From Pelomyxa schiedti (taxonomy: Eukaryota > Protista > Evosea), in assembly GCA_020536535.1 (NCBI GenBank), contig JAHLWZ010000854.1, forward strand, positions 8,444 through 72,443: a stretch of 64,000 bases of DNA, written 5' to 3'. Numbering within the stretch: position 1 is the first letter of the stretch; each line of letters starts with the position of its first letter. Positions 26,475 through 38,148 of this stretch are shown here, piece by piece. Below the pieces are notes generated by a model. That model was not told the DNA's origin. It saw nothing but the letters and a program-made list of their open reading frames with translations, and ran no database searches. A program made the translations under genes and the position numbers.

Positions 26475-26894
26475 TTTTTTTTTCTTGTTGAAGTTGTTTC
26501 GTCTTCTTGTTTGCCTTCTCACTCTGATGGTTTTTCTTTTTATTGTGTTATTATCTTTCTTTGTTTCGTTGTGATCTTAAATACTGTTGAAAATCTTTAG
26601 CGTACGGGGAACGGAAAGAAGACTTCCAGAGGCAAAGAACACACAAATTCCAAATAGAACTCGTTTGATTTTGAATTCAATCGTTCTAGAACGTGTTTCC
26701 TTATAATTCCTCCAGGTTCTCAGTCTCATGCCGACTTCTCACTGGGGGTCTCTTCTCGTTGGTGCGTCGCTCAGTGCTTTGGTTTTGTAACAGAAAACTG
26801 AGAGTCCAAGATTGAAGGGTTGGCAGTTCTTCCTTGAATCCATACTGACACCAGTAGTGAGCAGCCACTTAGTTCCGCATTTTTGGTACCCATA

Positions 26895-28120
26895 ATGGCC
26901 ACAACTACGGCCACCACAGCCAAGGCACAAGTTCTGGTCGTTTGTTGTGCTGGAATTTTGCGGCGTTCCCACAATGGCGCCGCGACGACACAAGCAGCTT
27001 GTGCATCATCTCCATCGATTTCGCAATGGGCACGATCGGGCCGACGCTGGCGAGAGCGTGGGCCGACGAGTGGGTGTTTGGGCCCAGCGTGGTGGACGAC
27101 GCAGTGTTCGAGGTTCCTCTGCAAAAGAATGCTGCACATGCCAAGCGGAGAAGTGCCTTCGTGTGTGTCAGTGTGTCATCTACCACAATGGGAGTCGTGG
27201 CCTACTCTGTGTTCTGGTGCGGTTTGACGGTGTGCGGGTGTGTGGGGCAGTCGAGGGTGCTGGTGAGGAGCAGGGGCGCCATGGGTTCCAGTGACACCGG
27301 GTTCGACTATTCGGTTCTGAACCTCGGTGACACTGCGGAGTCGCCGCGGTTTGCTCTTTTTACGGCGCCCGGGATGAGTTCTATGAGGTGCAACAGGAGC
27401 TGGGTTGTGGGTATTCGGATGGAGAGGGAGAGGGATGCGTTGTTTGTCAGGAAGCTTCTCTGCTCTCCAAACAAACGAGGTGAATGCCTCCTTTGTGGAT
27501 TCAACAGGCCGGGAACGATTCCGGACAACAGTGGAATTTCGGGACGAATAAGGAAGGTTAAATTCTCGCCACTGAGCGACGGCGTTGCAATGGTGCTAAA
27601 CTATGATAGTCTAGTGAGCTTTGTGGACTTGGAAGCAAGCTTCACAACAAATACATTGGTGACAACAATCAATATTGTGTGTGGAGAGATACACCCGCGA
27701 GGTGTGATGTGGCTATCTTCTGGAACCCCATGTACTCTTCACGGAAAAAAATCCAAATACCACTTGGTACCGTACCAACGTCGCGAACCCATTACTTCTT
27801 TCCCAACATTCCCCTTTCCCGTCATAGTGAAACCAGTTGGAAAGAACCATGCCTTTGTTTCTGAAGAATTCGAACCCACACAGTTCCAAGTCTATCACAC
27901 AGACAACCTGACAGCCCCATCACTGTGTGTTCCATGCACCTGGGTCCATATCACCAGTTCATCAAGCCTCATTCTTTCAACACAGGGAAGTTACACACCT
28001 TATCAGCATTCCACATCAACCCTCCAGTTCACTCTTCATGATGGCATCTCTGGCTTGAAAGTTGGTGACTTCAATATCCTGTTGCCTCCTGATGTTATGT
28101 TTGACAAAAACCTTCGATAA
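26895..28120 (+). CDS. Intronless lineage-specific hypothetical protein with apparent frameshift near 27040 (possible pseudogene)
   Basis: Long open frame 26942-28120. The likely N-terminus (MATTTATTAKAQVLVVCCAG, ATG 26895) lies in another frame. Confidence 0.6.
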
Positions 28121-28368
28121 CTATCTGAAGCTCCTCAATCACATACAAGCAACCTGGTGGTCAGTCAAGGACAAGTAGCGACTCTCATGTGGTTTGCCAG
28201 GTACACAGAGTGTCTTCCAGGAACGCAAAACGTGTTTGCGTCTTCCCCTTTTCCTTTGATCAAACGAAATCAGTCTACAAACCGACACTTCTCCTAATTC
28301 CCTTTAAAACGGCACCAAAGGAAAAAAAAGAGAAAACAAAACACTAGGTGTGGCCATTGGCGACAACA

Positions 28369-30124
28369 ATGTCAGCAACAGTAAGCGGAGGCACGGCGGC
28401 AGTAGAACTACCTAAACCCAGCATGCTGGGAATCGACCCTGCACACCAGATGATCCTCGACCGTTGGTCGGGAGCCAGTATCGACCGGGCCGTGCGCCAA
28501 CTGGCACGCAGGGCCGCCGCGGCATTGCCGCCTTTGAAGGGAACTCCTCCCACAGGTTGGGTTGTTTGTTTGTCCCGTTTAAGTGTCTAATTCTGCTGTA
28601 CTCCATATTCAAGCTGCTGCACTGACGATACCAGACAGTTCTGTGGAGCCAACTCCATACCCAGTGGTCGATGCACACATTCACGGTGTGGACTTCCTGC
28701 AACACGTGCGTTCTGCTTGTGAATACTTTATTAAACCAATAAAATTTCACTACAGACGGATGGATTCCGCAGCCTTGTAACCAAGATGCGCGAAAATAAT
28801 GTTACGCATTCAGTTATTTTTGGTCTTCCAGTTAAAAAGCGCTTTGACCGGGCTGAAATTCCTCCGGGTGCTCTAGCCGATGCACGTAGTACTGGTGAAA
28901 TAAACACAAAAATATTACCTCAATTTCAACAATATAAGGAAAAACAACAAAAAAACATGACAAACTTCTAACTGATCGAGAACCTAGTTCCCTTGGACTT
29001 CCACAGATTGAAGGAACTCTATGGGCCTTCTTACTACCTTTCAGACGACTCCAAGTTCCTTCTCTGCCTGTTTTCTTCTCTGACCTCTTTATACAGGTGC
29101 TACTATTACTCCTACACTGATGATATCATTGAACAAGAAATTTGTGATCTTCACAATACTGTTGATGAACAGAAATTCATTCCACTCCTCGTGGGCTTTA
29201 ACCCCACTGATATTGATGCTGTTGAGTATATCCGATCCCGTTTTGAACAGAGACCTGGCTTTTGGAAAGGTGTTGGTGAAGTTTTATTGCGACATGATTA
29301 CCTCACAATGCTCACTCGTGAAGAAACCGCATGTATACAACAACTAAATAACGCAAACATATTAACAATAGTAAAGCGATTGCACATCCCGCAATGGATC
29401 CAATATTTGCCTTCTGTGAAGAGAAGCGCTTGCCATTGCTTATTCACCAAAATATCTCAAACGTCACGGTTATCTCGTATGCTTGTTTCCCGAAAACACT
29501 TGCTTTCTTTTTTCTGACAATGCAAAGGTCATCACTGCCAACAGAAATTCCCCCTGCCAGCCCCGAGAACATGAGGTATTACTGGGAACTCAAGCAGGCA
29601 CTTGACAGTTGCCGACATCAGAAATACCATTTCCCAGTTGTCTGGGCTCACATGGGAATCTCCCTTGGACTTCATGTTAAACAATACGACCTTTTCTTGA
29701 ATACACGAGTTTTTCCTCTGGTTTTTTCCCTTCTTGCTGTCATTTGTCATTAACCCTTTGGGAATTGCAAAAGTATGACAACTTGTATGTGGACATAAGC
29801 TGGATTGTGTATGACGATGTAATGTGTGATTTGTCTGATAAAGATAATCCAAAGGTAACGTTGGAAGTGGTCAGTCTTATCATTAATACCAAATGGCAGG
29901 TGAAACCAGAATGGGTGAATTTCTGCTGCGCTCATTCCGACAGGATCATGATAGGGAGTGATCTGACTGGCCACTGGGAGGAGGCCAAGGGGAAGCCCGA
30001 GCAGTACTATGCCAAAACTATCCGGAGGTATCACATGCTTTTGGGCCAAGTGGCGGAAGTATCGCCGCAAGCAGCTTACAACATTGCTGAAGGAAATGCA
30101 AAGAAAGTGTTCAACTTCCCTTAG
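28369..30124 (+). CDS. Metal-dependent amidohydrolase (Amidohydro_2-like TIM barrel), bacterial-like, multi-exon
   Basis: DAHIH metal motif, GFNPTD, WKGVGEVLLRHD, LLIHQN, WAHMG, NLYVDISW and RIMIGSD. Confidence 0.88.
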
Positions 30125-30215
30125 TCCCACGCGGTAAGACAAGAACCATTTTTACCACTAAAACAGTTGATCCAAACAATTTTCTGTTGTCCTGTTTGAG
30201 ATTTACACCACTCTT

Positions 30216-31541
30216 TTACCACAAGAAACTCCCAGGTCGGTCGATCCCATGTATAGTCCAACCAGGAGCCAGAAACTGAATGCACGCAACAGTATCCCCT
30301 GATGATCCCTCAATCAATTTAAGTCTCTGACCACCGGATGCAATGATCAACACGAAACCACCACCCGTGGCAAAGGTGCATAGCTCAATATTTTGGAATG
30401 TCCTGAGAATGGAATTCTCGTCGCGGCAGTCCCGTATCTCAAGTGACTTTCGGGCATTGGAGTGAATTGCAAATAGTGAAGCACTCACTTGGAGGAGCAC
30501 ACTACGAGGAGTGATTTCATCATGGAGTTCCTTTGTCACACCGTTGGGTTGCACGGAACAAGCTCTGGTTTGATTGTCATCATCGAAGGTCTCAACAATG
30601 AAGAGGTTTTCACCAGCTTTATTCTCCATGACAAGAAAATCATCAACCGTATCACTTGCTTCAAGTACTTCCAGTGCCCGAAAGTTGGTTGGTAAACTGG
30701 TTAGTCCTTTGGTCAAGTACATCTGAGCAACATCAAGAACCAGAAACTGGCCACTTTGCTGATCTTCCTTGTTCACAACCAACATGGCTGCCTGTGATGG
30801 CAGAATTTTGCTGAAGGTCAAAGATTTTATTTCAACATCAAATCCCCCAGCTTCTATACATGCACGACAACCTTCGCTGGCCAGACTTTCAACAACAAAT
30901 GAAACACTGTGCTCCCCCGATGTAGCCTCAACATACCATCTCCCATTCACACAAAAGTTGTCATCGTCATTGCCCGGGGGGAGCTCCCGCCGCTTTCCGC
31001 TCGCTGTATACTGGATATACTGTCTTCCATCGTCACTCACAAAGACGCGGTCCTTGTCAATCCAGATCGTGAAGCTCTGCGGCGAAAACAAGGTCTCTCT
31101 GTCAACGACAGACACCGCGGTCGTGACTCCCATCAACAAGGGCGAAATTCCGAATCTGACAACACACCGCTGCACAGTGTCATTCTCGTCGTCGTCGTCG
31201 TCGTCGTCGTCGGCGCCCGCTCCTTCTTCCACCCAAGCGTCCACGACGACCCACCTTGTGCAAGACACCACGCACGAGTCCCACAATTGCATGGCGAAGT
31301 TCCCGCCGAACACCCTCGCCGGCGAATTCCTCCCGCACCGCTCCGACTGCGCTGCCAGCATTATGGCAGCCATTTGGTCTTGTGCCCTCACGCCCTCTGC
31401 CAGTGTGATGGTCCCAAGCCACCGTGGTCGCGTCGGTGTCGCCACTGGTGGCGTCGTTTCCGTCGAAGACCTTTGATCAGTGTCGATGTAGTTTGTCCTC
31501 GGTCTTGACTGTGCCGGTTCCTTCGACGCATCTCGCGACAT
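30216..31541 (-). CDS. Lineage-specific family protein (AQDQ..RCGRNSPAR N-terminal motif, beta-rich body), paralog A
   Basis: 441-aa intronless ORF homologous to 31606-32901 and 35816-37006. Confidence 0.85.
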   Translation of the reverse strand: MSRDASKEPAQSRPRTNYIDTDQRSSTETTPPVATPTRPRWLGTITLAEGVRAQDQMAAIMLAAQSERCGRNSPARVFGGNFAMQLWDSCVVSCTRWVVVDAWVEEGAGADDDDDDDDENDTVQRCVVRFGISPLLMGVTTAVSVVDRETLFSPQSFTIWIDKDRVFVSDDGRQYIQYTASGKRRELPPGNDDDNFCVNGRWYVEATSGEHSVSFVVESLASEGCRACIEAGGFDVEIKSLTFSKILPSQAAMLVVNKEDQQSGQFLVLDVAQMYLTKGLTSLPTNFRALEVLEASDTVDDFLVMENKAGENLFIVETFDDDNQTRACSVQPNGVTKELHDEITPRSVLLQVSASLFAIHSNARKSLEIRDCRDENSILRTFQNIELCTFATGGGFVLIIASGGQRLKLIEGSSGDTVACIQFLAPGWTIHGIDRPGSFLW

Positions 31542-31605
31542 TGCTTGGACTTTTGATGACCCCTTTTCGTGGTTAAACTAGGACAAGGTGTCGCTTTTTT
31601 CGAAG

Positions 31606-32901
31606 TCAAAAACAGGCAGGTTGCTGTTCGACAGCACTGACATACCAACCACGAGCAAGGAACTTGACACACGCAACAGGTTTCTCTGATAATGCTTCGA
31701 TCAGGTACAGATCCCCGCTGAGTGGTATGAGCAGTATGAAACCACCACCTGTGAGATAGCTGCAGGGTCCCATATTTGTGACCATCCTGACCATGGAAAG
31801 CTCCTTGGTTGTGTCGCTGGCGTCCCAGATCTCAAGTGGCTTATCGGGCCCAGCATGGATCACGAAGTGCGATGCATCCAGTTGGTGCACCTTCAACAGA
31901 GTTGAACTGTATAGTTTCTTGATCACTCCGTTGGGTTGCACAGAATAAAGTGTGGTTTCATCATCATTGAACGTCTCCACAATAAACACGGTTTTGCCAT
32001 CTTTATGCTCCAACATAAGACAATGGTCAGAAATATCATCGGGACCAAATACTTCCTGTGCACAAAAATTGGTCGTGCTCAGGATTTCCATTTTTTTGGT
32101 CAGGAACATCTTCTCCACATCAACCACAACAAACTGACCACTGTGTTGATCTTCGCTGCTCTGTACTATGATCACTGCTTGTGATGGAAAAACAGTGCTG
32201 AAGCTCATTACGTTGATTTCAGTATCGCTTCGCGCCCCAACTGGGAAACGGACCGTATCATACGCCTCTGTCATCAGGTTTACAATTGTAAATGAAACGC
32301 GGTTATCCGTCACTCTGGCTTGCATGTACCACTTCGCGTTCACACAATGATCCACTAGATCATTTCCGGGCAGCTCCCGACGCACTCCGTTTGCTGTATC
32401 CTGAATGTAGTGTCTTCCATATTCGTCGCTCACAAACACGCGGTCTCTGTCGATCCAAGAAGTCGAACTATTCTCGGCAAACATGTTGCCTATGTCCTCA
32501 ACAGACACCGCGGTCGTGATTCCCATCAGCAACGGCGAAATTCCGAAGCGTATCAAAAAGCGCCGCTCCGGCTCCGCCCTGTGTCTTTTCCCTTTTTTCT
32601 TCACCCCACCGTCCACGACGACCCACCTTGTGCAAGACACCACGCACGAGTCCCACAATTGCCTGGCGACGTTCCCGCCAAACACCCTCGCCGGCGAATT
32701 CCTCCCGCACCGCTCCGACTGCGCTGCCAGCATTATGGCAACCATTTGGTCTTGTGCCCTCACTCCCTCGGCCAGTGTGATGGTCCCAAGCCACCGTGGT
32801 CGTTCCGTTGTACTACTAGTTGTTGAACTTCGATTGGTGGCTCTGTTATCGACGTCGTCTGCCCTCAGTCTTTTCGGTGTCCGTTCAGCTGCCTTCATCA
32901 T
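31606..32901 (-). CDS. Lineage-specific family protein, paralog B
   Basis: 431-aa intronless ORF with the shared N-terminal block and a C-terminal VAC.(K/Q)FLA.GW motif. Confidence 0.85.
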   Translation of the reverse strand: MMKAAERTPKRLRADDVDNRATNRSSTTSSTTERPRWLGTITLAEGVRAQDQMVAIMLAAQSERCGRNSPARVFGGNVARQLWDSCVVSCTRWVVVDGGVKKKGKRHRAEPERRFLIRFGISPLLMGITTAVSVEDIGNMFAENSSTSWIDRDRVFVSDEYGRHYIQDTANGVRRELPGNDLVDHCVNAKWYMQARVTDNRVSFTIVNLMTEAYDTVRFPVGARSDTEINVMSFSTVFPSQAVIIVQSSEDQHSGQFVVVDVEKMFLTKKMEILSTTNFCAQEVFGPDDISDHCLMLEHKDGKTVFIVETFNDDETTLYSVQPNGVIKKLYSSTLLKVHQLDASHFVIHAGPDKPLEIWDASDTTKELSMVRMVTNMGPCSYLTGGGFILLIPLSGDLYLIEALSEKPVACVKFLARGWYVSAVEQQPACF

Positions 32902-33003
32902 CAGAAAACGAAAACGTTGGCGGTTTCGGCTTCGTCACATTTTGGTTTTTTGATTGCTTGATGTTTTCAACTGTCAGAAAGTGTCTTCGCTTGTGGAGGT
33001 GTC

Positions 33004-35362
33004 ATGGACAAGAAAGAATTGATCGCACAGATAACCTGCCGTTGTTGCTCCTCGTTCTTCCATGAACCAAGGTTGAACTGCCGTTTTCTTTTCCCAAGTT
33101 GACGCCCACAAGGCTCTTGCCGTGCTTGCACACCTTGTGCCTCGACTGTGTCACACGCTGTTCCTCGCGTACCACAAGCACGACAACCCCGACCGGCGTG
33201 TTGCCCACTTTTTCCGTGACGTGCCCCGTGTGCCACTCCCAGGTCAGCGATGTGCCCTTGTGTGCTTTGTGGGTCAAATAACTCAACAAAAGCAAACGCC
33301 AAACAGGCCACAGTCCCACCCGGCGGATTCGCAGTCGACGTCTGGAAGAGCAGCCAGCTGGATACGCTGGCGCCAATCATAGCAGGTTGCGGGCCACAAT
33401 CGCCGCCACCAGGCACCACGGCCACTCCCCCGCCCGAGTGTGCCGAGTGCAGGGCTCACGACGCCCCGTGGTGGTGCGCGTCGTGCAGCATGTTCTTGTG
33501 CAACGACGACATGGCGCACCACTCACGTGCGTGGAGGACGGCTTCTCACAAGGTACTTCTTGAAAAAAAAAAAAAAAACAATTCCCTCAACCTTATTCAC
33601 TCCATGCGTGGATGTGGATACAGGTTGTGACGGTGGATCAACTCAGGACACAGACGGACGCTGTGTCTCCCATGTCGTACAAACCGGCACTGTGTTACAA
33701 GCACCCGCAAGAGGAGCTCCTGTTTTATTGCAACACTGACCACTCGCTGATTTGCCGTGATTGCACGTGTGCCACTCTCTGTCTTCCTGTGCTTTTACTT
33801 AATGGGCGGTATACATCGTTCAGGTTGGACGACCACAAGAACCATGACTTTGTTGTCTCCATTGACCTGAGCTCCAAATTCAAAGAGAACATTGGTTCAC
33901 TCTGTTCGATGTTGGTATCGCACTTGGAGAAGGTTTCGCTTTCGAAACTCACTGCAATTGTATGTGCCGTCCCTTCTCGTGGGACTTCTTCCATTCTTGT
34001 TCAATCTATTAGCCATCCTAAGACAATCAAGGGGTGCTGCAAAAACGCTGAAGAAGTTCAAGAAAAAGTGGAGTCAGAAATACGAACTGAATTTGCCAAG
34101 ATTGTTGCTGTTGTCAATGCCAGGGAGGCACAGTTACTCTCGGATCTTAAGGCAATCACAGATTCCGCAAAGAAGGTATGTTTCTGCTGTCGGGCCAGAG
34201 CCATCACGATGTTTGATGTCCCACTGACAATTTTTACACTTCAAGACATTCCAAGAAAACATTGAAGGATGCGACAACAAGATGAAGGTTGTACAAGAGG
34301 CACAAGAATACACACAACTGGTAACAACGAAGTTCACTGACCTCCAACTTGTGGCTGTCAATGACACTCTCTCATCTCGCGTGAAAAAACTTTGCACTGA
34401 CGTTCCAACACCCAATAATTTGAAAGTATCAAGACTTTTCTTCTGTTTGAAAGCTGCTCACAACCAAACAATAGGTGAGATTTGACTGTGAGTCAGCTGC
34501 TATATGTGGAAAAATCTCTTCGTCACTCGGACGTCTTGTTCACAATTCAGCAGCAGCAGGCACCCTTATTACTGCCAAATCAACACTGATGATGAAGACA
34601 CTCAAACGACTTGACACATCGATGGTGCCCTCGGTCACACCCCGTATGGCACAGAGGCTATTTGTTGACAACGCAACTGGGAAAGTGTACTGGGACGGTG
34701 GCTTCAACCGTCCACAACTGACAGAGTTTGCAAACATGGCCAGCTTCGTCAACAACACCAACCCGAGACAGTTCACACTCAAGGACGTGCCCGCTTTCCC
34801 CGAGGGCCCTTACCAGGCCGTGCACAACGGCCACGTGTACTGCACCCCGTTATTCACACCCACGATGACCAAGGTGCGTGTGAGTGACGGGTCAACAGTC
34901 GCAACTGCACCACTCCCAAACGCCGGCCACTCCAGCAGCTCAGCGTGGGACAAATGTTGTTACTCGGACAACTGCTGGTATGTTGATGCAGGGGGTGTGC
35001 TGTATGTGGTCCACGCACCACCAGACAACGGCAACATACACATCACGAGGGTGGACCCTGACAACCTCGCAATCTTGCAGACGTGGGTGGTGCCCCGCGT
35101 CAAGAAGACCACTGGCTTTGCATTTGTTGTGTGCGGGAATTTCTACTTTGGCAAGGCATCGAACAGCAGGGAGATCGACGGGGTGTTTGACACCACCACC
35201 GGTGTTTATGATGACACTTACAGAAACTCACTCCCGACTTCGGGCACGTTCATTCTTCTGATTTCTTGGATACCATCCACAAACCAGCTCCTCGTCGTCG
35301 ACTGTCACCCTGAGAACTTCGATAATTGCTACGTTTTCCTGTTTGACGATGTGGCTCTGTGA
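33004..35362 (+). CDS. TRIM-like RING-Bbox-Bbox-coiled-coil-olfactomedin protein, copy 2
   Basis: MDKKELIAQITCRCC..LLPCLHTLCLDC..CPVC, with the same B-boxes, intron positions and OLF last exon (34475-35362) as copy 1. Confidence 0.88.
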
Positions 35363-35731
35363 GAAAAAAAAAAACCCACAACATTTTCCAGTGACCTGGC
35401 AGAGTGAAAGACCGTCTGGTGGCCAGTAACGATCATATTAGAAGTGTGAGTGCCTCACAAGAGGCACCCTCCACGGTTTATTCAACGGATTGTACTGATA
35501 AGGGTATGACTGTAGTCCCATATCTCTGTGTGCGAAGGGAGAATAGTGACTCTAGACAGAACGCCAATTTCTGGTCCATTAGGATCTCCTTGGTGATTCC
35601 ATTGGTTACACAAAACAGACTCTGGTTACCCAAGCTCCCAACTATGAAGAATTTTTGAACAAAAGATGTCTTCAGCATCTCATGGTTATTTCGCGTTTCT
35701 TCAGAGAAATTTTCAGAACATCAAAGTGCAT

Positions 35732-37006
35732 TCAACACATGGAACTCCCGTGTTGGTACATACTTTGGATCACCCAACCAGGAGCAAGAAACTGGATGCA
35801 TGCAACAGTATTCCCCTATGATGCCTCCATCAATTTGAGGCCCTTACCCTCAGACATAACAAGCAATATGAATCCACAGCCTGTGAGGTAGTTGTAGCCT
35901 GCAGCATTTTGGAGGATCCTGGGTGTGGGCTTCTCCCTGAGAGTGTCAAAGTAGTCCCATATCTCAAGTGAAGCTCGTTCCCGGCAGTTAATTGAGTAAA
36001 GTGACGCACTCACTTGGAATAGGACACTGCCGCTGTAGGTGCATCTGTAAAGTTTCTTTGCCTCTTGGTTGGGTTGCACAGAAAAAACCCTGGTTTGGGC
36101 ATAGTTGCAACTCTCTACAATGAATATACTTTCACCAGCTTTGTTCTCCATCACGAGAAAAGAATCCACTTTTTCATTGTGTACTGGTGGTGGTGAGGCA
36201 AAGCTTGTCGTGTGCAGAACTTCCAGTTTTTTCGTCAAGTACATTTGAGCGACATCAACAACCACAAACTGACCACGAGTGGGATCCTCCTTGCTCTTGA
36301 CCATTATCACCGCCTCTGATGGAACAGTGCTGCTGAAGTTCATTGACTTGATTTCAACATCAAAAGTGCCGTCGAGAAAGCAGACTGGAGGCTCTTCCTC
36401 TCTCTTCAGACTTGCAATAACCAAGGAAACTCCATGATCCTCTGATGTGGCTTGCAAATACCACTTCTCGTTTACACAAAAGTTTGGTTCATTGCCCCGA
36501 GACAACACCCTATCTTCCCCAGTTGTTGTATCACGGAGGTACCTGTTTCCCATGGCATTCACACAGACACGATCCTTGTCAATCCAGCGTGTTGCACCGT
36601 AAGCTTCAGCAAAGAGCGCCTCCTGTGGTGCAACAAACACAGCAGTCGCGATTCCCATAAGCAAAGGCGAAACCCCAAATCTGGTAATACACCGCGCCCA
36701 CGGTCCTCCTCCTTTGTTTGCCACCAACGAATCCGAGATGACCCACCTTGTGCAAGACACCACGCACGAGTCCCACAATTGCCTGGCGACGTTCCCGCCA
36801 AACACCCTCGCCGGCGAATTCCTCCCGCACCGCTCCGACTGCGCTGCCAGCATTATGGCAGCCATTTGGTCTTGTGCCCTCACTCCCTCGGCCAGTGTGA
36901 TGGTCCCAAGCCACCGTGGTCGTTCCGCTGTGGTACATGTCGGGGAGGACGTTTCGTCCCCCATCAGCTGATTTCCAGGAAGGAATTCCACGCAAAACCA
37001 ATTCAC
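35732..37006 (-). pseudogene. Lineage-specific family paralog C with in-frame TAG at 35816-35818, 27 sense codons before the homologous end
   Basis: Reads KLMEAS*GNTVACIQFLAPGWVIQSMYQHGSSMC*, whereas paralog A reads KLIEGSSGDTVACIQFLAPGW. Confidence 0.65.
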
Positions 37007-37057
37007 ATTTAAACATTAAAATTATCAGGGACAGGCGTGGTGCTGGGGAAAGTACTA

Positions 37058-37999
37058 CTATTGCACTTCATTTTCGATAGGACGCTCAGTCCCTGATTGG
37101 CATCCGTAGCTAAAGAAGTGAGACCTTGTTATGCATAAACGAAATAACAAGGAGTTTACATGGTCAAGCCTCTCTTGTGTTCCAGTAATGCGCATCCTCA
37201 GCCCACTGGGAGCCACCAAGTTGGTCGCGATCTTCATCTGCGACTCTCGGACCCTGTGGAATCCGCGCCAAGTCACAGAAGCCACAAACTCCGATGTGAA
37301 GCTGCAATCTCCAGAACCGCCTGTTCCTGCAACCAATGCAGTTCCTCGGACGGGCTCCAGTGTAACCAGCTTATGGGTTTCGCAAGACAGGGCAACAGCA
37401 GCCAAAGGGCCGAATATGTCAGCACAAGTGTCAGGGTCTTCAAGCAACCCATAATTGCGCAGCATCCATGCCACCCTCTCGAACTCGTGGCACTCGGCAC
37501 CACCAACAGAGCTCCGCCCAAAGTCCACGTCGAATCTCTTTAGCCTCAGCTCAGGTGGCTCATCGCCGCCACAATCTTCGTCGTCTGGCCAGAAGTCCTC
37601 CCCCTCCCAGGGACCATATTCGGCAGTGACTGCAATAGCAACATTGCCCCACCAGGATTGCCCCAGGCCGTCTATCTTGACACTGATCACTCTGGCGTTA
37701 CCATGTGAGTTGTGTAGGGGCTCTTCAGTACAGTCACTTGGATCGGCAGGGTGTATTGGCTCACGATAGAAGACTGCGTGTGGGAATCCTGAGGATATCC
37801 ACTGGTACAAAGAGCTCGTGAGGTAACGTGACACAGGCGGTCGAGGCCGGAACCACGTCGTCGGGTTTGCACGGATCACCTCGTCCCACAATTTGCACAC
37901 GCGGCGCAGTTGCATCACCCTCCTCGCTTCTTCGTCCAACCTGGCGAGGACATTACAGACGATAAAGGGGCTCGTCCCTATGGCTGCATCGGTACTCAT
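37058..37999 (-). CDS. F-box protein, intronless
   Basis: SPFIVCNVLARLDEEARRVMQLRRVCKLWDEVIR is an F-box pattern. Likely start is MSTDAAIG at 37999. Confidence 0.75.
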   Translation of the reverse strand: MSTDAAIGTSPFIVCNVLARLDEEARRVMQLRRVCKLWDEVIRANPTTWFRPRPPVSRYLTSSLYQWISSGFPHAVFYREPIHPADPSDCTEEPLHNSHGNARVISVKIDGLGQSWWGNVAIAVTAEYGPWEGEDFWPDDEDCGGDEPPELRLKRFDVDFGRSSVGGAECHEFERVAWMLRNYGLLEDPDTCADIFGPLAAVALSCETHKLVTLEPVRGTALVAGTGGSGDCSFTSEFVASVTWRGFHRVRESQMKIATNLVAPSGLRMRITGTQERLDHVNSLLFRLCITRSHFFSYGCQSGTERPIENEVQ

Positions 38000-38148
38000 T
38001 ATCAGAGAATTCAGTCTTCCCGTAACACTGTTCCGCTCCACCCTTTCACAGATCACGAGATCTCTGTGGTTGCACCTTTTTTTCAGTCCCAATCTAGCTA
38101 GAGTCGTTCTGGTGTTGCACAACACGCCGTTTGTTTTTTCACAACAAA

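Noticed and set aside
35816-35818. TAG reassignment (alternative genetic code)
   Set aside because: TAG terminates other genes here (e.g. 20924, 30124, 41875) and does not interrupt conserved exons elsewhere.
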